From: Candidatus Heimdallarchaeota archaeon
Lineage (GTDB): Archaea > Asgardarchaeota > Heimdallarchaeia > Heimdallarchaeales > Heimdallarchaeaceae
NCBI GenBank assembly: GCA_019057375.1
Contig: DXJF01000069.1
Span: 1-46,337 of the forward strand
Length of the DNA: 46,337 nt
Direction of reading: 5' to 3'
Shown: one piece after another, positions 17,381-26,170 of the stretch
Layout: every line of letters begins with the position of its first letter
Position numbering within the stretch: position 1 is the stretch's first letter
Translations under genes and position numbers: made by a program
Notes under the pieces: model-generated
Told to the model about the DNA's origin: nothing
Seen by the model: the letters and a program-made list of their open reading frames with translations, nothing else
Database searches by the model: none

Positions 17381-18196
17381 TTACTCGTCATCACTCGGAT
17401 CTATAGTAGGTGAATCATAAGAAGGCATAGCGACTGTTTCAAAGATCAATTCTTCCGTTTCCCCGCCTGTACTTATTTTTCTATCTTTTGTAAGAATCCA
17501 GATTATGAAAAGAAATGGTGTACCTGAATTAAACTCAATTAAACTGTTGAAGAGAAGAACTGATACTAGATCAGTTGCAGGTCTAATGCCTGCAGATAAA
17601 AGAGAGATTTCCATCCCAAAGTGAACTATAAAGCCTATCAGAACCAAAAATCCAATCTGCTTCCATGTTACAGATTTGAAAGGTTTCCAAACATATTTGA
17701 AAAGGATAATAGCTGAAAAACCACCTAGTGACATACCTATTTGCAACCACCGTCCTGAAGCCATCTCTCTCGCAATGAAAACTGTATTATCTGCTAAAGG
17801 TAAAACTTTTGGAAAGAAAGCAACAAAAAACCAACCTATGTAAAGAAACATAGTCCAATATAGCATTTTTCGCCATCTTTTCGCACTGAACATAACAGCA
17901 ACATAGCTGAATTCAATCATACCATATGTAAAAGAGAAGTAAATTAAGAATAGCAAAGGTCCCCATGTATCACCTAGATTTGTGAAAAAATCTGGCAGAG
18001 CATAGATCTTTCTAGTACCTTTAACAATATACCATAAAACATAATCGAACAAAAAGACAACAACTGTTCCAAATAGACCAATTAACCACTGAAGGATATA
18101 CTTCTTACGTATTAGAAAAGCCATCCAAATTATACAGAATATTATATCTAAAATTATGAATTCAGCACCAAAAGTTCTTGCTACAACATGAGCCAT
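17381..18196 (-). CDS. Hypothetical polytopic membrane protein (~7 TM)
   Basis: 271-aa ORF with alternating hydrophobic segments and an acidic C-terminal tail. Confidence 0.75.
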   Translation of the reverse strand: MAHVVARTFGAEFIILDIIFCIIWMAFLIRKKYILQWLIGLFGTVVVFLFDYVLWYIVKGTRKIYALPDFFTNLGDTWGPLLFLIYFSFTYGMIEFSYVAVMFSAKRWRKMLYWTMFLYIGWFFVAFFPKVLPLADNTVFIAREMASGRWLQIGMSLGGFSAIILFKYVWKPFKSVTWKQIGFLVLIGFIVHFGMEISLLSAGIRPATDLVSVLLFNSLIEFNSGTPFLFIIWILTKDRKISTGGETEELIFETVAMPSYDSPTIDPSDDE

Positions 18197-18239
18197 AAAG
18201 TTGTGAATTTAGAAGTTTTTCTTAAAGCTTTTGTAATTC

Positions 18240-19046
18240 TCATATGAAATTCCTAATTAGAAAATCTACCCATGATACAGGTAAATATTCAAGAAGTCCT
18301 CTTTGTTTATTGTTCTTCACTTTATAGCGCCTCTTAGGTTTCTTCTCATGAACAGCTTTATACACTTTCTTAGCCACAAAGATTGGGTCAGCATATCTTT
18401 CAGTTTCAAGAACCTTCCATATTCTTGAAATTTCTTCCTTAAAATCAGAATTTTCCATGTATTTCTGATAATTCTTAACAGTTACTTCTGGTAAGCTTGT
18501 TCTAATTGCACCTGGTTGAATAATTACAACTTTCATGTCTAGAAACTGAAATTCACGTCTCAATGAATCAGAAAATGCCTCTATTGCATATTTGGACATC
18601 GAGTATGGACCATTAAATGGAAAAGCTATTCTTCCTACCTCAGAACTCATATTAACAACCCTACCTTTGTTAGTTTTTAATAAAGGATAAAATGATTGAG
18701 TAATTCTTAGATAACCAAGAACATTTACATCAAACAGCTTTTGAATATCCTTGAAATCAACTTCGACTAAAGGACCACCAACAAATAATCCTGCATTATT
18801 GACTAAACAATCAATACCATCAACCAATTTTTCTACTTCATCAACTGCATTCTGAATACTATCTTGATTGGTTACATCCATTTCTATAGTATGAATTTTG
18901 TCTCTGGAGTAATACTTTACTAAACCTTCAGTATCATAGTCTGTAGCAACAACAAAATCACCATTTTGACTTAGATACTCTGTTATAGCTTGACCTATAC
19001 CATAAGCTGCACCTGTCACTAAAACAACCTTTGATTTCTTCTTCAT
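18240..19046 (-). CDS. Short-chain dehydrogenase/reductase (retinol/hydroxysteroid-dehydrogenase-like classical SDR)
   Basis: TGAAYGIG, LVNNAG, N.SS, YSMSK (YxxxK), IQPG.I.T. Confidence 0.92.
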   Translation of the reverse strand: MKKKSKVVLVTGAAYGIGQAITEYLSQNGDFVVATDYDTEGLVKYYSRDKIHTIEMDVTNQDSIQNAVDEVEKLVDGIDCLVNNAGLFVGGPLVEVDFKDIQKLFDVNVLGYLRITQSFYPLLKTNKGRVVNMSSEVGRIAFPFNGPYSMSKYAIEAFSDSLRREFQFLDMKVVIIQPGAIRTSLPEVTVKNYQKYMENSDFKEEISRIWKVLETERYADPIFVAKKVYKAVHEKKPKRRYKVKNNKQRGLLEYLPVSWVDFLIRNFI

Positions 19047-19096
19047 TTAAATCAGTAAACTTTCAGAACAATGACTCTATTATAAATTTAATGCGA

Positions 19097-21127
19097 TTAT
19101 TCCGGAATTTTAGTTTTCTCGAAAAATTCTTTTGAATATTTTTTTATCCAAACTAGTAAAGAAGATTTTCCTTTATTTCCCCATGAAAAATATGGACGAG
19201 CGGTTAATTCTTCATTCTCTTTATTCAACATTTTCAGTTTTGTTAATCCTTCAGAACTATATGCAACAGCTTTTCTCTTTATATTGACATGTTCTTTCAA
19301 AATGTCTAGATTAGGGTTGTCTAAACTTTCAAAACAGTACACTAATGGACCTCTTGAAAATGCAACTCTGTTCCTATTTTTTCTAACGTTTTTATGAGAG
19401 TTATGAATATTAATCGGCATCGGAAAATTAATTTTGATAATATTATGAGAATTCCAATCTTCCTTCATGCTAATATAATATGATTCGTAAGGAATGATTC
19501 CAGAAGCAGTTTTTACTTCTTTCAAGTTTAGTTTTAGTTTGTCCAATTTCTTTCCATTAATGTGGATCTCTGGCTTATCTGTCCAACTAGGTAAACGTAT
19601 ATTCAAATAGAAATCTAAATTCTCTTTACATTCAAGATTAATCGTTATTCTTCCATCCCAAGGTAAATTGCTTTGCATATCAACTTTGATCTCTGACTCG
19701 TTTATTCCATTTAATGGAACTTTAACTTTACTTCCAACAAATTGATGAATCCATAAATTACGCTCATTAAAACTATAGATGTACTTACTAAGTCTGGCAA
19801 GGGTTCGTGATATGTTTGAAGGACAACATGCGGTCTTATACCATTCTTTTCGTTCGAAAGTTTTATCCACCTCCAAGGGATTCCTATAAAAATAGGATTT
19901 TCCATCAGCTGACATACCTACAAGTACAGCATTGTAAAGTTGCCATTCAAGCAAATCAGCATACTTAGCATCACCTGTTGATAACAACATTTCCCAGTTC
20001 CAGAAAACAGAGCTTATTGCTGCACATGTTTCATTGTAAGCATATTTATTGTTTAGTTCATAATTTCTTCCAAAACCTTCTAGAAGAGGAAGAGAACCTA
20101 TTCCTCCTGTAATATACATTCGTTTCTTAACCATATGATCCCATGCTTTTTGAAGAGATTTAAATAATTTTGTATTTCCTCTTTCTTGATACAGCATGGC
20201 AGCTGCTGTAACTAAATATCCCCATCTAACACTGTGACCGATAGGTTTGTTTAGTTTCCTTAAGGGTTTATTTTGTTGGAAATACTTTCCAGATATTGCA
20301 GATAATATAAATCTTATTCCTAATCCTCTTGGACCATCTTTGGATAAATCACCCATCAGAGTTTCTTGTTTAATTTCTTTTTTATCAAAAAAGATTTCTT
20401 TTTGTCTTGAAACTTCTTTAGCTCTTTTCTTTTGGGAGGTATTTTCTTTAAAGATTCGCATTCCAAATAAAAAGAATCTCCCCCTCTTTTCTAGAAGCTT
20501 TTCTGCAAGTATCAAGTATTTCTCTTCTTCTGTAAATCTGTATAGCTTGATTAATGCGATTTCTACTTCAGGGTGACCTGGAGTTTGTTTAGAAGAAGCA
20601 TTAGAAAACACTTTTACCAGTAAATCAGCAGCTTTTATTCCCAAATCTAGATAACTTTCTTTATTAGTTGCCTTGTAAGAAATAATCGCTGCTTCAATTA
20701 GATGACCAAGTGTATATAACTCATGTTCTATCTGATGGTTTATCCACCTTTCACTGGGAAAATGGAACTGATTATATGTGAAAATATATCCATCTTTTTC
20801 TTGAACAGAAATAAGAAGATCAAGATTATTTGAAAGAATTTTCAATAAATCATTATCTTCTCTAGACATCAGAATTGTTGCAGCTGCTTCAGCCCATTTG
20901 TGTGCATCAGAATCAGCATAGAAGTATCCTTTTCTGAATGCTTCCTTTTCTCCTTGAATAATTCGAAAATTTTCTATAGTCTTTGATTCTTCAAGTTTCT
21001 TCCATTGATGGAAGATTGCTTCTTCTGAGTTTACTTTTAGTTTTTCAGACCAGAAACTATCTTTTATTCCGACTTGTTCAAAAGGTATTTCTAATGACAC
21101 CTGATGCTTTAACTGATGCATATTCAC
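19097..21127 (-). CDS. Glycoside hydrolase family 127 (beta-L-arabinofuranosidase-like, DUF1680)
   Basis: F.DSD..KW.EA, HELY..GHLIEAA, GH.VR..Y, YITGGIGS...EGF, YNETCAAI (E-x-C), ACCP.N..R (C-C), YPW/LPW.G, RGPLVYC.E. Confidence 0.9.
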   Translation of the reverse strand: MNMHQLKHQVSLEIPFEQVGIKDSFWSEKLKVNSEEAIFHQWKKLEESKTIENFRIIQGEKEAFRKGYFYADSDAHKWAEAAATILMSREDNDLLKILSNNLDLLISVQEKDGYIFTYNQFHFPSERWINHQIEHELYTLGHLIEAAIISYKATNKESYLDLGIKAADLLVKVFSNASSKQTPGHPEVEIALIKLYRFTEEEKYLILAEKLLEKRGRFFLFGMRIFKENTSQKKRAKEVSRQKEIFFDKKEIKQETLMGDLSKDGPRGLGIRFILSAISGKYFQQNKPLRKLNKPIGHSVRWGYLVTAAAMLYQERGNTKLFKSLQKAWDHMVKKRMYITGGIGSLPLLEGFGRNYELNNKYAYNETCAAISSVFWNWEMLLSTGDAKYADLLEWQLYNAVLVGMSADGKSYFYRNPLEVDKTFERKEWYKTACCPSNISRTLARLSKYIYSFNERNLWIHQFVGSKVKVPLNGINESEIKVDMQSNLPWDGRITINLECKENLDFYLNIRLPSWTDKPEIHINGKKLDKLKLNLKEVKTASGIIPYESYYISMKEDWNSHNIIKINFPMPINIHNSHKNVRKNRNRVAFSRGPLVYCFESLDNPNLDILKEHVNIKRKAVAYSSEGLTKLKMLNKENEELTARPYFSWGNKGKSSLLVWIKKYSKEFFEKTKIPE

Positions 21128-21192
21128 AACTTAATAAATCAATATCAATATAAGAAATTTTGTGAAAAATAAAAAAGATTCTATGAGAAAAG

Positions 21193-22287
21193 CTATTTTT
21201 TCTTCTTCATAAATCTTGGATCTATTTCTTCTCGATGAGAAGAATCAGAATAATTTTCTTTAGCTTGCTCTTTTGCTTCCTCAAGAGTTTCATCTTTATG
21301 ACATTTCCATCTCAGATGTGTTGACGCTGGTTTACCACACCATGGGCAAAATAAATCGTCAAGTAAATCCATAATTTTATTGTGTGCATGTAGATTCCTT
21401 CTATGCTTTCCTCGTTCCTCAATAATAGGCTTTGTAAGAATTTCAGCTGCTTTCTTTTTACCAACTGAAACAGCTTTTTTCACCGTTTCAATCTCATCTT
21501 TAGGAATCTCAATACTATAGCCTTCCTTTGAATCACCAACAACTTCAATAGGAATACCTTCAGTTAAAATAGCCTCTTGCTCAGCTCGGGGTATTTTCTT
21601 GATTTGAGAAACAAACTTGCTTGCTTGATCTTTCCCCATATCCTGTTCGACAATTTTTTCATAAGTACTTTTTTGCAAATCTGGATCGCTAATTGTCGAC
21701 AATCTTGAAAGTACTCTCTCTGGTATTCTCTCGTCAACTGGTTTACTTAATTCCTCATTAATAATATCTGGGGCAACGCTTGCAGCTTCTAACCATAATC
21801 GTAGGGTATTAGATTTAATATGTATTTTTGCACAAATCTCATCAATTTTTTCTTCAGTTGGAATTAAAGAAAGATTTCTTGATTTTTTCCGCTCAATACT
21901 GTTAATAATATTAGCTAGACTTTTAGGTGTTTGTACTATTCCTTCACTTCTAAAAATCTCCATTACACCTCTACCTTTCTCAATCATGTAAAGATCTTTT
22001 CGATGTATATTTTCAATTAAAGATTCTATCCTTTGCTGACTTTCATCAATATCTTTAACAATCGCATAAATTTTCTTCAAACCTGCAAATTGAGCAGCTC
22101 TCCATCTTCTTTCTCCTGCGACTATCTGATATGTTTCGTCTCCAGTTTGTCTTAACAAAATAGGATTTAATAAATCATAAGCTTTTATTGAATCAGCTAA
22201 TTCTTCAATTGCTTCTTTATCAAAGGTTTCTCTTGGCTGAAAAGGACTTGGACTTATTTTTTCGATAGGTATTTGGACTATTTCCAT
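21193..22287 (-). CDS. parB: ParB/Spo0J family protein (CTPase domain + HTH) with C-terminal Cys/His motif
   Basis: I.P.PFQPR..FD...I.ELA.SI....LL.PI.LR, YQIVAGERRWRAA, LIENI.R.DL; C-terminal CPWCGKPASTHLRWKCH. Confidence 0.85.
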   Translation of the reverse strand: MEIVQIPIEKISPSPFQPRETFDKEAIEELADSIKAYDLLNPILLRQTGDETYQIVAGERRWRAAQFAGLKKIYAIVKDIDESQQRIESLIENIHRKDLYMIEKGRGVMEIFRSEGIVQTPKSLANIINSIERKKSRNLSLIPTEEKIDEICAKIHIKSNTLRLWLEAASVAPDIINEELSKPVDERIPERVLSRLSTISDPDLQKSTYEKIVEQDMGKDQASKFVSQIKKIPRAEQEAILTEGIPIEVVGDSKEGYSIEIPKDEIETVKKAVSVGKKKAAEILTKPIIEERGKHRRNLHAHNKIMDLLDDLFCPWCGKPASTHLRWKCHKDETLEEAKEQAKENYSDSSHREEIDPRFMKKKK

Positions 22288-22293
22288 TTATAT

Positions 22294-22524
22294 TCACCCA
22301 TGTTCTTTTATTAATTCAAATGCAATATCCTTCCAAGGGTATTGTTCTATAACCCAACTATCCTCTTCTGTATTAATACAGAGAAGCTTTACGTTTTCTC
22401 CATTACCGTTTTTCACTACGTCCTTCATCTGAGATATTGCTTCAGGTCGTGTAGTGAATATCCATTTCTCAGTACCAGCATCTAAAACATAAAATTGATT
22501 ATCATCTAATTTCAAAGTTTTCAC
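22294..22524 (-). CDS. Small hypothetical protein translationally coupled to parB
   Basis: 76 aa; its stop codon overlaps a GGTGA RBS 6 nt before the parB ATG. Confidence 0.7.
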   Translation of the reverse strand: MKTLKLDDNQFYVLDAGTEKWIFTTRPEAISQMKDVVKNGNGENVKLLCINTEEDSWVIEQYPWKDIAFELIKEHG

Positions 22525-22578
22525 CTAGTTTCATCGTAGAATGCATTCTTAGGATGTTTTACATTTATATTTTTTATA

Positions 22579-22597
22579 AATCACTTAAAAAGTGATT
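22579..22597. promoter_or_regulatory. 8-3-8 inverted repeat next to the parB-operon TATA region
   Basis: aatcactt-aaa-aagtgatt. Confidence 0.45.
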
Positions 22598-22777
22598 GTA
22601 TTACTACGATTAAAACCTATTATGAACTTTTTTGTTAGGAATATTTTCGTTTTTAACTAATTTGCATAAATTGGAAAAAAGAATAACAATAAAATACAAA
22701 TATCGTCCAAAAATTATTATTCATACTCTTTTCAGTTTTACAAGAGTTTAGGGCTTCTAGAGTTGAATCTTTTTTTT

Positions 22778-22793
22778 CGTTTCATGTGAAATA
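22778..22793. promoter_or_regulatory. parS-like 16-mer (overlaps putative BRE of degV2)
   Basis: cgtttcatgtgaaata versus bacterial consensus tgtttcacgtgaaaca, 13/16 identical. Confidence 0.3.
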
Positions 22794-22821
22794 TTATTAA
22801 GAACTTACTCTTTCAATAATT

Positions 22822-23694
22822 GTGACCAACTCATATACTATAATTATAGATTCGGTATCAGATCTTCCAAAAGAACTTGAAGAAAAATATAAAATACCTA
22901 TTGTTCCTGCGAGAGTCATTATTGGGAGTAAAGATTTTCTAGATAGAGTTGGAATTACTCGAGAAGAATTCTTACATGAGATTGTTCATTCAAAAGAAAA
23001 AATCACAACATCTCAACCCTCTCCTAAGGATTTTCATGATGTTTTTTCAAAAACTCTAGAAGAAACTGATCACATTCTTTATCTTGGTGTTAGCCACAAA
23101 CTAAGTGCTACTTTTCAAAATGCAACAATAGCATCAAAAAGATTCAAAGGAAAAATTACATGCATTGACACTTTATCGGTTTCTCTTGGAATTACAATGA
23201 TTGCTCACCATGCAGCTCTACGAAGAGAACAAGGTATGGAACTGAGTCCACTAGTTGATGAAATCAAAGAAATGATGCAAAACACTAAGATTTACATTTT
23301 GGTTGAGGAATTAAAATACCTTCTTAGAGGTGGAAGGATTGGAAGGGCTCGACATGCTATTGGATCTTTATTGAACATGAAACCTTTACTGCATTTTGTT
23401 GAGGGGGAGATAGATGCTCTAAAAAATATTCGAGGTGTGGAAGCAGGATATGAATCGATGATAGAAGAAGTTACAAGAGACGCTCAAAAATTTGGTAATT
23501 TTGCTCTATCTGGAGCGTATGGTATTGAAAACGACAAATTTGAGAGGTTATCTAAATCTCTTCAAAATAAGATTCAACCCTTGAGCTATTTTTATGAACC
23601 TATTGGACCAGCTGTAACCTGCCATGTTGGACCTAATGTAGAAGCACTTTTCATTACAAAGATTCCAGAAAGTTCTGTTGAAATATATAAATAA
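22822..23694 (+). CDS. DegV family fatty-acid-binding protein (second copy)
   Basis: IIIDSVSDL, TTSQPSP.DF, VS.KLSATFQNA, IDT.SVSLG, LKYL.RGGRIG, L.MKPLL...GE, CHVGP. Confidence 0.92.
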   Translation: MTNSYTIIIDSVSDLPKELEEKYKIPIVPARVIIGSKDFLDRVGITREEFLHEIVHSKEKITTSQPSPKDFHDVFSKTLEETDHILYLGVSHKLSATFQNATIASKRFKGKITCIDTLSVSLGITMIAHHAALRREQGMELSPLVDEIKEMMQNTKIYILVEELKYLLRGGRIGRARHAIGSLLNMKPLLHFVEGEIDALKNIRGVEAGYESMIEEVTRDAQKFGNFALSGAYGIENDKFERLSKSLQNKIQPLSYFYEPIGPAVTCHVGPNVEALFITKIPESSVEIYK

Positions 23695-23705
23695 AGCAAA
23701 AAGAA

Positions 23706-24512
23706 TCACTCTTTAACTGCCTTTATTGAAAAAACTAGTGGCAGGTTATACTTTTCATTTTTGAATGTCCAAACCCCTTTTTCTTTCTCTTCCATGAAAG
23801 GAAATTGTTGAAAATAAGTATGTGAATATTCTTTAATTTCTTTGATTTTCAATCCTGCTTGAATAAGTGATGTGATTATGGTTCCAAAAGTGTGTTGCCA
23901 ATTATAATTGTCAATGTTCTCAAGGATTTTTTCTTGTTCAGTATATGTATATTCAGTTTTGTAGTGAAGAGGATTTTTACCATAGAAGTAGGGATATTTG
24001 TATTCCAGTTTGCTAGTGTTTTCATCATCAAAAATCCATAGAAATGGATGAAATTCTGAAATGAAGAATGTTCCACCTTTCTTAAGATATTTAGAAACAA
24101 TCTTTGCCCATTGTTCAATATCGTGTAACCAGCATAGAACACCATAAGATGTAAAAACTATATCGAATTTCTTATCTAATACATCAGGAAGATCATAAAT
24201 ATTAGAACAAATGAACTTTGCAGGAAGTTTGAGATGATCATTGATTTCATTAGCTAGTTTAATTGACTTATCTGAAAAATCCACTCCTGTAACATTAGCT
24301 CCTAATCTTGCCCACGAGAGTGTATCCATTCCAAATTGACATTGGAGATGGAGTAAAGACTTATCTTTAACGCTTCCTAGACTTTCAAGTTCGATCTTAT
24401 GTAAACTGTTATTACCTCCCATAAAACCTTCAAGATCATAGTCAGAGGATTTTGCGTGAACTGCAGCGGTTTCGTTCCATCTAGCTAGATTGGCTTTCAA
24501 GTATTCATCCAT
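23706..24512 (-). CDS. Class I SAM-dependent methyltransferase
   Basis: LLHLQC.FG.DTLS.AR.GA.VTGVDFS, FDIVFTSYGVL.WL.D, LK.GG.F...EFHP. Confidence 0.9.
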   Translation of the reverse strand: MDEYLKANLARWNETAAVHAKSSDYDLEGFMGGNNSLHKIELESLGSVKDKSLLHLQCQFGMDTLSWARLGANVTGVDFSDKSIKLANEINDHLKLPAKFICSNIYDLPDVLDKKFDIVFTSYGVLCWLHDIEQWAKIVSKYLKKGGTFFISEFHPFLWIFDDENTSKLEYKYPYFYGKNPLHYKTEYTYTEQEKILENIDNYNWQHTFGTIITSLIQAGLKIKEIKEYSHTYFQQFPFMEEKEKGVWTFKNEKYNLPLVFSIKAVKE

Positions 24513-24586
24513 TTTAATCTAATTCGAGATATAGTATCTTCTTAAATGAATAACGATTCGCGAGACAAAGAGAAAAGAAAGAGATT

Positions 24587-25366
24587 TCACTCAGGAAGTT
24601 TAACATTTCTTGTTGCTGGATTGAAATCAATTACATCTAATTCTTCCAGATGCAATAATGATGATTTAATCAGAACAGCTGTAGAGTCAATAAGGTCTGC
24701 AATTTCATCAATTGTCATACTTCTTGGATGTGCTTCTACAAGTCCTAAGTAAATCTTTCCTTGATCTGTTGAATTCAAAATCGAACGTATACTTTCATTT
24801 TGAGCCATTATAGGCTCTTCTTTCGATTTGAAATCAGTATATTCTTTTTCAGTTGACTCTAAATTCTTCTTAAGTTCATCTTGAAGAGTTTTAGTTTGTT
24901 CGTAAATAGTTTCAAGTGAATCAAATTCAGCTTTCAGCTTAGCAAGTTTATTAAGGGCTTCTTCATATTGTGCTTCTATTTTCTTTAGATTCTTGTCCTT
25001 TTCACTACTGAGAATATCCTTTTCCTTAACTTGAGTTCTTAAATCTTCCATTATTTGATCTTTTTCTGCAACCTTTTCTAGTTCAGCTTCAAGTTCACTT
25101 TGAAATGCGTTAAATTCACTTATTGCTTTTTTTAGTAATTTTTCTTGTACTTTGTATTTATCAGTGAAACTTGAATTAGTAGATTTGAGTTCTATTTGAA
25201 CACTCTTTAATCCGTTATCAATATCTCTAGAAGATTTTTCTAGTTTCTCCAAAATAACATCTTTTTGTTTCTTATCTTCATTGATGAATTTTTCAAGTGT
25301 TCTTATCTTTGTCTCGAGATTCTTTATATCTTCAGTTAATTCTTCGTTGCTTTTCTTCTTAACCAT
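24587..25366 (-). CDS. Long coiled-coil protein with C-terminal winged-helix domain
   Basis: About 195 aa of heptad-like E/K/L-rich sequence, then Q.KIY..LVEAHP..MTIDEIADLI....V.IK..L..LEELDVIDF (wHTH-like); AGGTGAT RBS. Confidence 0.7.
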   Translation of the reverse strand: MVKKKSNEELTEDIKNLETKIRTLEKFINEDKKQKDVILEKLEKSSRDIDNGLKSVQIELKSTNSSFTDKYKVQEKLLKKAISEFNAFQSELEAELEKVAEKDQIMEDLRTQVKEKDILSSEKDKNLKKIEAQYEEALNKLAKLKAEFDSLETIYEQTKTLQDELKKNLESTEKEYTDFKSKEEPIMAQNESIRSILNSTDQGKIYLGLVEAHPRSMTIDEIADLIDSTAVLIKSSLLHLEELDVIDFNPATRNVKLPE

Positions 25367-25455
25367 AAGATCACCTACAAATATATAATATACAATTAAG
25401 AAAGAAGATGTTTTAAAGATTACTTAAAGGGAAATAGAAATTAAATAAAAAATCA

Positions 25456-25480
25456 GAAAAGAAAGAAAAAGAAAGAAAAG
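25456..25480 (-). terminator. Oligo-U archaeal terminator after small protein S1
   Basis: A-rich gaaaagaaagaaaaagaaagaaaag on the + strand directly downstream of the S1 stop codon. Confidence 0.5.
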
Positions 25481-25487
25481 CTTAAGC

Positions 25488-25751
25488 TTAATGGAACGTT
25501 CCAATAATCTTGAATTTTAATTCTAATGCTTTGTTCCTTTCTTTTTCTAGCTCTTGTCTGATTTTATAGTTTTGATAAGCTTCATATCCTGGACATTTTC
25601 TATTATCATGCTGACATTCAAATAATATTTCAGCGAGCTGATCAATTAATTTGATTACTTTTTCTTCATCATCAATATTCACATTAGATAATGTTTTAAC
25701 ATTCTTGAAGGATCTTATTAGCTCGTTTTTATAGTCTGATTTTAGTGCCAT
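25488..25751 (-). CDS. Small helical protein S1 (87 aa), paralog of S2
   Basis: GGTGG RBS before ATG 25751; gapless 27/87 identity to S2 by hand count. Confidence 0.8.
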   Translation of the reverse strand: MALKSDYKNELIRSFKNVKTLSNVNIDDEEKVIKLIDQLAEILFECQHDNRKCPGYEAYQNYKIRQELEKERNKALELKFKIIGTFH

Positions 25752-25856
25752 GATACCACCTCTGATTATATGATTAGTACTAGTCTTATTAACTATCAAC
25801 CACAATCTGTGATTACAAATTGTGTCATTTTCTACCATTAAAAGGATATAAAGAGG

Positions 25857-26120
25857 TTAAAGGAAAGAACCTTTGTGTAAAAGAAGCTTGGACAGGGATT
25901 TGTTATGCTCGTTTTTTAGAGCTGTGCGAAGGATATGATCCTCATACTTATCGTGATCTTTTGAGTATTCATCTGCAAGAGTATAATTATACATATTCTC
26001 TGCAACCTGATTAAGAATCTGGAATAAGCTCTCTTCTTCAACAAACTCGTAATTAAATAGCTCTTTTAATGCTTTGAAATTTCTTATCAATTTATTTTTT
26101 TGCTCGATTTTCAATACCAT
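25857..26120 (-). CDS. Small helical protein S2 (87 aa)
   Basis: GGGTGA RBS, its own BRE/TATA and operator, and a paralog of S1. Confidence 0.8.
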   Translation of the reverse strand: MVLKIEQKNKLIRNFKALKELFNYEFVEEESLFQILNQVAENMYNYTLADEYSKDHDKYEDHILRTALKNEHNKSLSKLLLHKGSFL

Positions 26121-26170
26121 TTTTATTTTTCACCCGATTTTTTCTTATTCCTAAGAGATTGTAATCAATA

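Noticed and set aside
21128-25400. Prophage or integrated plasmid around parB
   Set aside because: No integrase, Rep, terminase, att repeats or compositional shift was seen, and the neighbours are housekeeping-type genes.
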